DNA of 50,331 nucleotides from a virus (Duplodnaviria; Heunggongvirae; Uroviricota; Caudoviricetes): IMG/VR virus record IMGVR_UViG_2734482547_000008; one strand, 5' to 3'. Shown piece by piece: positions 1 to 8,027 of this stretch (position 1 is its first letter; each line of letters starts with the position of its first letter). The notes under the pieces were generated by a model. It saw only the letters and a program-made list of their open reading frames with translations, ran no database searches and was not told where the DNA came from. The position numbers and the translations under genes were made by a program.

Positions 1-469
<469 letters not shown>

Positions 470-1207
470 TCATTCACTCTCTTTCAAACCAGTTTTAACT
501 GTTTGGGGTTTTGGGTAAGGCTGGACTTTGAATAGCTTTATGTTGAGGCGTTTTCTGGCCCTCTTGTTCAGAAACCGGATGTAACGAAACTGTCGGAACT
601 TATGAACACTGGCTCTGTCGATATTAGCCCTCAGATGTTCACCTCGTTGTCCGCCTCGTTTAATGGCATTCCTGCAAATCTCGTGATACCACTCGCCATC
701 AAGTTCATAGAATGTTGATTCATGGCTGCCTACATAATCAAAATTGCTTGCCTGATACACGACACCAAGACAGCCACAACGCTCATCTGCAAACGACTGA
801 ACCCACTGTACCTGCGGATAAAGCTGTCTGATAAGTTTGAGTGCGTAACTGATGGCCCTTGATTCGGAGTTTCTCGGCATACAGTCATGCAGCCATAACC
901 GGTTAAGCTCCATATATTCGCGGTTCTGCGTACCGGTTACGACGCGCGCTCCACTGTTTGGATTAAGGGCATAACCCCATTGCATTACGCCAACCAGCTC
1001 TCGTTCTGAAAATATACCCAGATGAAGGTAGGAGTTATTTACGAAACGGTGGCTGTAATGTTTATTGACGATGACCAGTCGGGCCAGCCAGCAACTTATT
1101 GTCTCAACCCGTAACTCACGGGAGCCATAACCGACGATATTGTCGTTATAGAGAATAAGTTCAGGCGTGCTGATGATACGGGATGTAACTTGTTTTCTGT
1201 TCCCCAC
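470..1207 (-). CDS. mom: Mom-like DNA modification protein (call based on position and com overlap)
   Basis: Last gene at the phage right end, 245-aa ORF whose 5' end is overlapped by a Com-like zinc-finger ORF, as in the Mu com-mom operon. Exact start uncertain. Confidence 0.6.
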   Translation of the reverse strand: MGNRKQVTSRIISTPELILYNDNIVGYGSRELRVETISCWLARLVIVNKHYSHRFVNNSYLHLGIFSERELVGVMQWGYALNPNSGARVVTGTQNREYMELNRLWLHDCMPRNSESRAISYALKLIRQLYPQVQWVQSFADERCGCLGVVYQASNFDYVGSHESTFYELDGEWYHEICRNAIKRGGQRGEHLRANIDRASVHKFRQFRYIRFLNKRARKRLNIKLFKVQPYPKPQTVKTGLKESE

Positions 1208-1361
1208 GACAGGATTTCCTTGTGTATGTGGGGTGCTCTGTGGCGCTCGGAGATGTGATTTGATTGAGGGTTTTACAGCGCGGACATTTTACTTCCAGAT
1301 AACTGAAACTGGCCCGTGCCAGTAACTTGTTGCAGTGTCGGCACCGTATGTTTCGATACAT
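1161..1361 (-). CDS. com: Com-like zinc-finger translational activator of mom
   Basis: 66-aa ORF with paired CxxC motifs ([10 protein letters not shown]...VKCPRCKTL) resembling Mu Com. AGGAGG Shine-Dalgarno upstream. 3' end overlaps the mom start. Confidence 0.65.
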   Translation of the reverse strand: MYRNIRCRHCNKLLARASFSYLEVKCPRCKTLNQITSPSATEHPTYTRKSCRGEQKTSYIPYHQHA

Positions 1362-1475
1362 GGCCGCATAACCTCCTGCTTTGTTGATGATATCTTTCTC
1401 GCCTAATCGATCGACAAAAACGATCGATTCGATGTGTTTAATTGATACAACAAATAGATTGAAAAGTCATCAACA
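1362..1475. promoter_or_regulatory. com-mom upstream regulatory region with two Dam GATC sites in CGATCG palindromes
   Basis: GATC at 1409-1412 and 1422-1425, 13 bp apart. In Mu, Dam methylation of GATC sites upstream of Pmom controls OxyR repression. Region is AT-rich and also sits upstream of the divergent + strand ORF at 1476. Confidence 0.4.
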
Positions 1476-1775
1476 ATGATTCAGGGAGGTGATTATTTAC
1501 TAAAAGAAAACGAAGACTTAGGGTGTGAAAACGATCATAAAATGATCATTTTATTGACTTTTTATCCAGTGAAGGTAGGATCGCGCGCATATGTAGTATG
1601 TTTCAAATCAACAGGATACTACATAAAAGGGAAACCCAGCATAGCTGGAACTATGCTGGGTCAATCTGTAAAAACTTGCATCAATGCTTTACTTCGAGCT
1701 CGTGGCGTATCCTATGATATTCCCCGGTCTCCTGTAAAGCAGAGATATATCTGTTCAGGCAGGAAAAATGGATAA
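1476..1775 (+). CDS. Hypothetical protein (99 aa), cargo region
   Basis: ORF in AT-rich DNA. Stop overlaps the start of the next ORF (ATGGATAA), suggesting translational coupling. No clear Shine-Dalgarno at the first ATG; an internal start at 1542 is possible. Confidence 0.35.
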   Translation: MIQGGDYLLKENEDLGCENDHKMIILLTFYPVKVGSRAYVVCFKSTGYYIKGKPSIAGTMLGQSVKTCINALLRARGVSYDIPRSPVKQRYICSGRKNG

Positions 1776-1974
1776 ACTAACCACAGACCCAAAGTTACAG
1801 GCTGCGCGAATTGCAGCTGATATTACAATTGCAGCAATGACATCCACCAGGGGTAACTTTACCTCTTTTCATACAGCAGGTGATTCATCCGCTATGCAGT
1901 TATGGAACGCGTGCTTTTCTGATGTAATTCGTGCAATCAGCGAGTCAGTTGACCTTCGCGAACCGCAAAAATAG
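1768..1974 (+). CDS. Hypothetical protein (68 aa), cargo region
   Basis: ORF translationally coupled to 1476-1775. Its 3' end overlaps the convergent ORF 1937-2137 by 38 nt. Confidence 0.35.
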   Translation: MDKLTTDPKLQAARIAADITIAAMTSTRGNFTSFHTAGDSSAMQLWNACFSDVIRAISESVDLREPQK

Positions 1975-2137
1975 CGCATCTTGGGGTACACAGGATCTGC
2001 ATAGCTATCCACATTGCGGTGGCGAAGTTTCGATCCTGTAATGTATCTTCATCAAGTCCTGAACGTAGCGCATTGATAATTTCCGCGCTTAATCTTTCTA
2101 GGCCTTTGGTATCAGGTTGCTTTTTATTCTTGTCCAT
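1937..2137 (-). CDS. Hypothetical protein (66 aa from the internal ATG of ORF 1937-2173)
   Basis: ATG at 2135-2137 preceded by GAGGA with 8-nt spacing. The longer ORF start at 2173 abuts the U-tract of the upstream terminator. Confidence 0.3.
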   Translation of the reverse strand: MDKNKKQPDTKGLERLSAEIINALRSGLDEDTLQDRNFATAMWIAMQILCTPRCAIFAVREGQLTR

Positions 2138-2173
2138 GATTATTGTCCTCTGATTGGTATATAAAGCGCCCAT

Positions 2174-2205
2174 GAAAATAAAACCGACAGGAGAAACTGC
2201 CGGTT
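2174..2205 (-). terminator. Intrinsic terminator ending the cargo transcription unit
   Basis: On the - strand, a 9-bp stem (AACCGGCAG / CUGUCGGUU, one G-U pair) with a 6-nt loop, followed by UUUAUUUUC, immediately after the stop of ORF 2213-2467. Confidence 0.5.
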
Positions 2206-2212
2206 TGTATTG

Positions 2213-2467
2213 TTACATCATGGTGCTGTCAGTTCCGGGCTGAGCCGGGTCTGGTTGCTCTGGCTGCGCGTCGGTTTTCGGCTCATTATCAGCATCACTG
2301 GCCGCAACTGCTGGCCCAATAAGTTTTGCCAGCACTTCATCAACGTAAGTGTCGATTTGTGCCTCAAAATCCTTGCGGACCTGCGCTTTCAGCAACTTAT
2401 TTACTTCACCGGAATACAGTGCCTGTTTTACCAGGTCTTCAGTGACGGTGCCTTTAATTTCTGGCAT
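2213..2467 (-). CDS. Hypothetical acidic protein (84 aa)
   Basis: ATG at 2465-2467 preceded by AAGGAGGA at optimal spacing. Acidic, Pro/Gln-rich C-terminus. Confidence 0.5.
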   Translation of the reverse strand: MPEIKGTVTEDLVKQALYSGEVNKLLKAQVRKDFEAQIDTYVDEVLAKLIGPAVAASDADNEPKTDAQPEQPDPAQPGTDSTMM

Positions 2468-2502
2468 GTATATCCTCCTTATGCGGGAATAAAGCCCTGC
2501 AA

Positions 2503-2685
2503 TCAGGGCTGGGTCGGGTCTTTTGGGAGCGGAGTTACCTGCGCTGTTTTACTGAGTTTTTCAGCTGCTGCGTCCTCAATTTTGCGGCGAACATAATTTC
2601 TGATGGCCTTATAACCACCACTCACCAGATATAACGCACATACTGCCGTGCAGAAATACAATAAAATAAGCTGTAAAAATGTCAT
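2503..2685 (-). CDS. Small single-pass membrane peptide (60 aa)
   Basis: ATG at 2683-2685 preceded by GGGAGGG. Sequence MTFLQLILLYFCTAVCALYLVSGGYKAIRNYVRRK has one hydrophobic helix and a charged tail. A hairpin (AGCCCTG...CAGGGCT) overlaps its stop. Confidence 0.5.
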   Translation of the reverse strand: MTFLQLILLYFCTAVCALYLVSGGYKAIRNYVRRKIEDAAAEKLSKTAQVTPLPKDPTQP

Positions 2686-2700
2686 TATCCCTCCCAATTA

Positions 2701-2727
2701 TTGACATGGTGTTGACACCGGTAATAT
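2701..2727 (+). promoter_or_regulatory. Candidate sigma70 promoter for a short + strand transcript
   Basis: Two TTGACA hexamers (2701-2706, 2712-2717) and TAATAT (2722-2727); spacing is 15 bp from the first hexamer. Reads toward the strong terminator at 2781-2822. Confidence 0.3.
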
Positions 2728-2780
2728 CTGTTAGGTAAAAAGGTGCACTGCATTTTTTGCTTTGGATATAACGATCTTTT

Positions 2781-2822
2781 TGCCGCCGGTTTCTTGTTTT
2801 CCCTTACCGGCGGCATTTTTTT
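2781..2822 (+). terminator. Intrinsic terminator on + strand (end of candidate small RNA)
   Basis: 10-bp GC-rich stem (TGCCGCCGGT 2781-2790 / ACCGGCGGCA 2806-2815), 15-nt loop, then a run of 7 T (2816-2822). On the - strand the stem is followed by A residues, so it is orientation-specific. Confidence 0.55.
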
Positions 2823-2829
2823 ATCCTGC

Positions 2830-4884
2830 TTACGCGTTATTCACTTCCACCACGATACTGTCAATCAGTACCGGGTAAGTCGCATTTTTAGTGATATCGG
2901 TCACGCGCAACTTGTCTGCCGTAAACGTGCCGACCGGAGACTGCGACAGCATGAATGGTGTCCCGTCCTTACCATCAATGACCGGCGTCACCTCAATACT
3001 GTTGTTACCGGCAAAACGGAAGCCCAGCGTATGCCATTCGTTATTAAATGCGCCGAATGACCCCAGCTTCGTGTTCTGCGCCGTGTTTCCTTTGTGATAC
3101 ATCACGTTAAGGTCTGTGGCATCGCTCTGTACGTAGAACGATGCCAGCAGGTTATGACCGGCATTTCCTTCCAGAGTAACCCCTTGCGGCAGGGCAGAAA
3201 CCGGCCAGTACAGCGCCAGTGCGTACTGATTAGCCGTAAGCGCGCCATCGAGTTTAAAACGACAACTGACAAGACCACCTTTACCCAGCAGGTCCGCACC
3301 ATTACCAGCATCATGCTCAAGGTACCAGGGGGCTCTTCCTGTTTCCTTGGTCAGTTTCATTGCCTTACCCCCGCTGGCTCCGGCATCATCCACGATTTGA
3401 GCCTTGCCACCTCCGGCAGCCCAACCCTGTGGTGTCAACCGTCCTTCAGACTCAGATGCCCGGTAAGCAAATAGCGTACTCATCGTCGTGGTGTCTGCGG
3501 GTGGCGTGGACGGTTTTGATGGTGTATCAGGTGACGGCTTCTCATCCGGTGGTGTCACGGTCTGCCCGCGCATCAGTTCAGCCGTGCGCCCTGCATGGAG
3601 CATAATAGCTGAGGCCAGACGGTCTGAAATGACGCCCCTGCGTGCCCATGAGCTGAAATGGCTGTCACGCTGTGTCGAAACAAAACTGCCCTGGGTTCGG
3701 GATGCTGCACCGTAATACCCGACAGCCACAATATCCGGGTCTTCCGCCGGAGCATTCGTTGGCGTGCTCTGTCCATTCTCATCCGTCAGGAACGGTACAA
3801 AGAAAATTTTCTGTGCTTCCTTGCCTTTGTAGCCACCGTATACTGCCTCATATTTATCGGTGCCAGCGTTTTTCCAGTAATACGTGGTATCACCGCAAAT
3901 CCACGGCACCGTGGTGGCATTTCCACTCACGCACTGCGCAGCAAGCGGAGCCAGGTCAGTTCTGAACTGCTGAACCATGGCCGTGAATAAACTATTATGC
4001 TGCTGGCTTCCTGAGGCAAGGTCTGCCTCTCCCTGCATCCAGACCACAGCCAGAAGTTTGTTTTTCGGGTTTTTCGCCAGCGCGACTTTGGTGCGGCTTA
4101 CCAGGTCCTGATACAGAGGTTTACCGGCCCCCCAGCGTGAAGAATCAGCGGAAGCACCGCTGGCCTCACTGAATGAGCCGTCGGCTCCAGTGGTGAATGC
4201 TGACCCGCCACGACAACAGGGCACCAGAAGTATCCCGGCATTCTGTGGGATATAGGGAAGCAGTTTTTTGGCAATATGCAACCCCTGACCGACAGTCCCG
4301 TACTGGCCTTTTGCCAGATCAGCTTTCGGGTGGTTTATCCCGCTCATATCCTGAACATCATGCAGGCAGTGGTCTGCCGGAATGATGTCGTTGTATGTAC
4401 ACGACGTACCGTTGGGCGTTACCGTACTGCGGCGTGCCAGTTGCTTAATGCGTGGGTCCGGGCGGTCAAACGAATCCGGTAACGGCAGCCCCTCGCCGTA
4501 GGCCATGCCATTTGACTGACCCGCGAGAATGACAACAAAGTAATATTCCGGCTCTGAACTGCTGCCATTCGTGCTACCGGAAGGCCCGGCGTTATCCGGT
4601 GCATTCCAGTCGGAGGGCGTGAGCGTTCCGGCCACGTCAGATGTGATTGGAATGATGCCAGTCACGCCTGAACTGGTGATTTCTGCACTGGGATTACCGG
4701 ATACCGGCATTACCCATAATGGCTCTTTCGTGCTGAAGCGGATCACGCAGTCTGCGAAAGTGATCCCCCCTTTATTACCCGAAGGGCGGAAAGGGCTTTC
4801 AATAAATGCCACCGTGCCACCGGCAACCTTGACTGAAAACTCTCCGGGCATGGCGGAGAGCATTTTCCACTTGGAGTCTGACAT
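2830..4884 (-). CDS. SASA/SGNH-family carbohydrate esterase-like protein (684 aa, sialate O-acetylesterase-like) with C-terminal beta-rich domain
   Basis: ATG at 4882-4884. Motifs ILAGQSNGMAYGEG (GQSN block) and VVWMQGEADL are typical of SASA/SGNH esterases. Pro/Ser/Thr-rich linker (PPDEKPSPDTPSKPSTPPADTTT), then a ~200-aa C-terminal domain. No N-terminal signal peptide. Phage-like GC content. Confidence 0.65.
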   Translation of the reverse strand: MSDSKWKMLSAMPGEFSVKVAGGTVAFIESPFRPSGNKGGITFADCVIRFSTKEPLWVMPVSGNPSAEITSSGVTGIIPITSDVAGTLTPSDWNAPDNAGPSGSTNGSSSEPEYYFVVILAGQSNGMAYGEGLPLPDSFDRPDPRIKQLARRSTVTPNGTSCTYNDIIPADHCLHDVQDMSGINHPKADLAKGQYGTVGQGLHIAKKLLPYIPQNAGILLVPCCRGGSAFTTGADGSFSEASGASADSSRWGAGKPLYQDLVSRTKVALAKNPKNKLLAVVWMQGEADLASGSQQHNSLFTAMVQQFRTDLAPLAAQCVSGNATTVPWICGDTTYYWKNAGTDKYEAVYGGYKGKEAQKIFFVPFLTDENGQSTPTNAPAEDPDIVAVGYYGAASRTQGSFVSTQRDSHFSSWARRGVISDRLASAIMLHAGRTAELMRGQTVTPPDEKPSPDTPSKPSTPPADTTTMSTLFAYRASESEGRLTPQGWAAGGGKAQIVDDAGASGGKAMKLTKETGRAPWYLEHDAGNGADLLGKGGLVSCRFKLDGALTANQYALALYWPVSALPQGVTLEGNAGHNLLASFYVQSDATDLNVMYHKGNTAQNTKLGSFGAFNNEWHTLGFRFAGNNSIEVTPVIDGKDGTPFMLSQSPVGTFTADKLRVTDITKNATYPVLIDSIVVEVNNA

Positions 4885-4960
4885 CGTCTTTTCTGCCTGT
4901 TTCTGAATTAAACAGAGTCAGAATAGCGACCGCTGAAAAATATGTGTTTTGCGGAAATTC

Positions 4961-4990
4961 AAAAAAGCGTCACGGTACTTTTGGTGACGG
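4961..4990 (-). terminator. Possible weak terminator overlapping the gin stop
   Basis: On the - strand, a 6-bp stem (CGUCAC / GUGACG) with a 10-nt loop, followed by CUUUUUUG. The stem is short. Confidence 0.3.
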
Positions 4991-5542
4991 AGCTGGTGAG
5001 GCAGGAAAATAACGATAAAGAGTGGAAAGGCCAATATCAAATATCAGTGCGATTTGTTTACGGGACTCGCCATTAGCCAGCAAACGGGCGATTTGCTCCC
5101 GCTCTTTCTCTGTCAGTTTCTGAGGTCTGCCGCCATGACGCCCCTGAGCACGGGCAGCAGCAAGACCCGCGCGTGTACGTTCAATAATGAGTTCCCGCTC
5201 CATTTCCGCCAGCGCGCCCATTATATGGAAAAAGAAACGTCCCATGGGAGTGGATGTATCAATATTGTCCGTAATGCTGCGGAAGTTAACGCCGCGTTGC
5301 CGGAGTTCTTCTGTTAAAAGGACAAGGTGCTGCATACTGCGTCCAAGGCGATCCAGTTTCCAGACCAGCAGGGTATCCCCTGGCCGGAGTCGCTTTAATG
5401 CGCGTTTAAGTCCGGGACGCTCCCTTGTCTTACCGCTTATTCTGTCTTCGAAAAACAGCTCACATCCTGCACATTCCAGCGCATTTCTTTGTAGCGCCGT
5501 ATTCTGGTCATTTGTTGACACCCTGATATACCCAATCAGCAT
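4970..5542 (-). CDS. gin: Serine DNA invertase of the Gin/Pin/Hin family
   Basis: 190-aa protein MLIGYIRVSTNDQNT...LVWKLDRLGRSM...FFFHIMGALAEMERELIIERT closely resembles Mu Gin and e14 Pin. Lies directly beside the invertible tail-fibre segment. Confidence 0.9.
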   Translation of the reverse strand: MLIGYIRVSTNDQNTALQRNALECAGCELFFEDRISGKTRERPGLKRALKRLRPGDTLLVWKLDRLGRSMQHLVLLTEELRQRGVNFRSITDNIDTSTPMGRFFFHIMGALAEMERELIIERTRAGLAAARAQGRHGGRPQKLTEKEREQIARLLANGESRKQIALIFDIGLSTLYRYFPASPAPSPKVP

Positions 5543-5588
5543 ACGATTTCCTTATTATAAAAAGCCGGAATTGTCGCATGAGGAATAA

Positions 5589-5981
5589 AACAGAGTTAAT
5601 CCTGGCTTTCCTGAAAACCTCGGTTTACGGGAAACGGTAAACAGGGCGGCGAATGCTCTGCCATCGGACGGCACCGCCGTTGCCGCGAATAGACTCGCCA
5701 CCCCAAGAAATATTAATGGGGTTCCCTTTGACGGGACGCAGGACATAAACATCACTTCTGGTATAACACAGCAGGATGCGGATTCCCGATATATCCAGGA
5801 TATCAGGCTGGGAGCAGAGAACAGGCAGGTAATGTACGGTGGGGCATATTACTCTGCGTACGGTAATGTTATGGCAGGCCTGCAGATTGACAGTAAAGTT
5901 GATGCTTCAAACGATTTTATAGCATTCAGACCCCTGCAAAAATTAGTCGGAGGTACATGGATTACGGTATCTCAGTTATAA
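5589..5981 (+). CDS. Alternative tail-fibre C-terminal cassette, no start codon, silent in this orientation
   Basis: Open frame from the stop at 5586-5588 to TAA 5979-5981. Encodes ...[47 protein letters not shown]..., sharing a ~45-aa block with the expressed tail fibre (6586-7467) through a ~130-bp inverted repeat. Confidence 0.55.
   Translation, partial: NRVNPGFPENLGLRETVNRAANALPSDGTAVAANRLATPRNINGVPFDGTQDINITSGITQQDADSRYIQDIRLGAENRQVMYGGAYYSAYGNVMAGLQIDSKVDASNDFIAFRPLQKLVGGTWITVSQL
5608..5633. other. gix/hix-type recombination site A (TTCCTGAAAACCTCGGTTTACGGGAA)
   Basis: 26-bp site with two 12-bp inverted half-sites around a 2-bp core. Near-identical to the Mu gix core AAAACCTCGGTTTACAGGAA. 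Sits next to the gin start. Confidence 0.6.
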
Positions 5982-6937
5982 ATAGTCAGTAAATAATATA
6001 TTTTAAAACAGATTTATTTCCAGGAGGATTTTATGGAACTAAAAAATATAACCCGTTATTATCCTGAAAATATGCCATATGGTAATAATGTTCAGTATTT
6101 CCAGAGTGAAGATGGTAAGGATTTCTACGAATCCCTGCCATTATTCACCAAAAAATATAAACTTTGCATAACACCTGACAGCGGCGTTATCTGCTCAATA
6201 TCACAGGACGCCTCGGCGCTGTATCCTGCGGGGTTTTCTGTGGTTGAGGTCGATGAACTCCCTGAAGGCACGGATATTTCAGGAAACTGGAAGTTTGATA
6301 ATGGCATAATCTCCCGTATTCCGGTTAACTACGCAAGAAAACTGGAAGCAATGCGCCAGTCATATCTTAATCAGGCATATGAAAAAATTAATGACTGGAG
6401 AACGGAGCTACAACTGGGCACCATCAGCGATGAAGACAGAGCAGCACTTACCCAATGGATGGCATACATCAGTCAGGTGAAGAAAATGGAACTACCCGCC
6501 ATTAAAACAGAAGCTGAATTTAACGCCATTAAATGGCCTGAGCAGCCACAGTAATAAAGAAGGCCGGAAGGCCTTCTGAATATCATTATATACTTGCAGC
6601 CGTCACCCATGCTCCATTTAACAGATACTGCAACGGCCGGTAATACACGCCGCCGACGTTATCTGCCGTATTCTTACCGACATCCTGTACTTTAATTCCG
6701 GTAAGAACATTGCCGCCCCCCAGATTCAGATCCCAGCTTTCCCATGTTCCGGGCATATGTGCGGTCACCGACCCCAGTCTTATGGCGGTTACTGTTCCTG
6801 ATGAGATAGTGATATCCTGCGTCCCGTCAAAGGGAACACCATTAATTGTGTGGGCATTTGCCAGCCTGTTCGCGGCAACGGCGGTGCCGTCCGATGGCAG
6901 GGCATTCGCCGCCCTGTTTACCGTTTCCCGTAAACCG
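5621..6937. other. Gin-invertible tail-fibre segment (~1.3 kb) between the two gix-like sites
   Basis: Bounded by inversely oriented gix-like sites (cores TC at 5620-5621 and GA at 6937-6938). Holds alternative fibre C-terminal coding sequences on opposite strands and one tail-fibre assembly gene. Confidence 0.6.
6033..6554 (+). CDS. Tail fibre assembly chaperone (Mu U/U'-like), serves the alternative cassette
   Basis: 173-aa ORF directly after the alternative fibre cassette on the same strand. GGAGG Shine-Dalgarno. Size and position match Mu U/U'. Confidence 0.6.
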   Translation: MELKNITRYYPENMPYGNNVQYFQSEDGKDFYESLPLFTKKYKLCITPDSGVICSISQDASALYPAGFSVVEVDELPEGTDISGNWKFDNGIISRIPVNYARKLEAMRQSYLNQAYEKINDWRTELQLGTISDEDRAALTQWMAYISQVKKMELPAIKTEAEFNAIKWPEQPQ

Positions 6938-7467
6938 ACGTTATCGATAAAAGCCCCTTTATCCGGAATGTCTGCGCCGTTCTGCTCCCTGCGCAGGTAA
7001 CGGTTATCACCTTCGCTTTTGCTGTAAACATCCAGATTATTACGGGCGGTTCCCTTATTCTCCAGGTCGGCGAGATTCTGATCCTTCGCCAGGGCATTAA
7101 CGTCAGCGGGACCAAGACTGTTTTTTGTGGCAAGCGTCCCCAGACCAAGATAACCACGGGCCAGACGCTGGGCCTCCGCACCGGCATCAGCAATTTCTTT
7201 CAGGTTATTTTTCCGGGAAAAAGCATTCGCAGCGATAATGGCTTTAATGGACAGCGTAAGCTGGTTTAACTGCGCCTTATCCGGCTGAATACTGGCTTCA
7301 GCCAGAATATTCAGCAGTTCGGCCTGGAGAATATTCAGCCAGTCCTGACCAATCCAGCTGATACCTTTTTGTCCGTCACCTTCAGTAAACCAGGTGGTGG
7401 TATTACTCTGCGCCGGTGCCAGCGCAGGCATATTCGCCACGCCGGAATTATTATCAACATGAAACAT
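6586..7467 (-). CDS. Tail fibre protein (Mu S-like), currently expressed variant
   Basis: 293-aa ORF after the baseplate genes. N-terminal constant part is outside the invertible segment and the C-terminal ~115 aa is inside it. Contains [10 protein letters not shown], also present in the alternative cassette. Confidence 0.7.
   Translation of the reverse strand: MFHVDNNSGVANMPALAPAQSNTTTWFTEGDGQKGISWIGQDWLNILQAELLNILAEASIQPDKAQLNQLTLSIKAIIAANAFSRKNNLKEIADAGAEAQRLARGYLGLGTLATKNSLGPADVNALAKDQNLADLENKGTARNNLDVYSKSEGDNRYLRREQNGADIPDKGAFIDNVGLRETVNRAANALPSDGTAVAANRLANAHTINGVPFDGTQDITISSGTVTAIRLGSVTAHMPGTWESWDLNLGGGNVLTGIKVQDVGKNTADNVGGVYYRPLQYLLNGAWVTAASI
6925..6950. other. gix/hix-type recombination site B (TTCCCGTAAACCGACGTTATCGATAA)
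   Basis: Left half-site TTCCCGTAAACC matches site A's right half in inverted orientation. Right half resembles the Mu gix half-site TTATCCAAAACC (9 of 12). Lies inside the tail-fibre gene at the constant/variable junction. Confidence 0.55.
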
Positions 7468-8027
7468 TAAATAGTCTCCTCTTCATGGCTGTTTGCATAC
7501 ACGTAAATAAACGTCTGCCATGCAGGCTTATAACGGTTCAGAATACATTCCAGCGCACCGCCTTCATAAATACGCAGCGGCGTGAGAATATCATCCAGCA
7601 CATTCATATTCCGGTAGCCGGTTTCACTGTTAATCGTGACAATACTGACCCACTGTGAATCCGGTGATGGCTGAATATCTATTTCATAACCAAACTCTGC
7701 CGCAAACCGGATATAAAATTCACGGTTAAGAGAGGGTTTCATCCGGTATTTATTCCCGGCATAACGCTGACGCTCCTGAATGGTTGCGCCGGTCATATCA
7801 CATTCCGGTAACCCCAGATAACGCTCCCAGTCTTCCAGCAGCAGACGGGATGAATCAGGAAAACGTTCTGCCAGCATCTGGTTACCGGTCCAGGAAACAC
7901 GCTCCGTGGAATGACTGAGGCCCAGGCACAAAGCCGCAAGAACGGATGACGGCCGCTTATCCCATGCCAGCCCGTCAGGCAGCAACTGCAACAGGGCGCG
8001 CTGATGCGGGGTCAGGGTTACAGCCAT
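7467..8027 (-). CDS. Tail/baseplate protein (Mu gp48-like)
   Basis: 186-aa ORF between the baseplate J-like gene and the tail fibre; position and size match Mu gp48. Start overlaps the upstream gene. Confidence 0.55.
   Translation of the reverse strand: MAVTLTPHQRALLQLLPDGLAWDKRPSSVLAALCLGLSHSTERVSWTGNQMLAERFPDSSRLLLEDWERYLGLPECDMTGATIQERQRYAGNKYRMKPSLNREFYIRFAAEFGYEIDIQPSPDSQWVSIVTINSETGYRNMNVLDDILTPLRIYEGGALECILNRYKPAWQTFIYVYANSHEEETI

Noticed and set aside
2743-3060. 105-aa GTG-initiated + strand ORF beginning just downstream of the candidate promoter
   Set aside because: The strong + strand intrinsic terminator (2781-2822) lies inside it, and it is antisense to the esterase gene; the transcript is more plausibly a short non-coding RNA.
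5555-5755. 66-aa - strand ORF inside the invertible segment, and its mirror 6710-7000 on the + strand
   Set aside because: Both are antisense images of the tail-fibre cassettes created by the ~130-bp inverted repeat (they share the same peptide string); the real coding frames are on the opposite strands.
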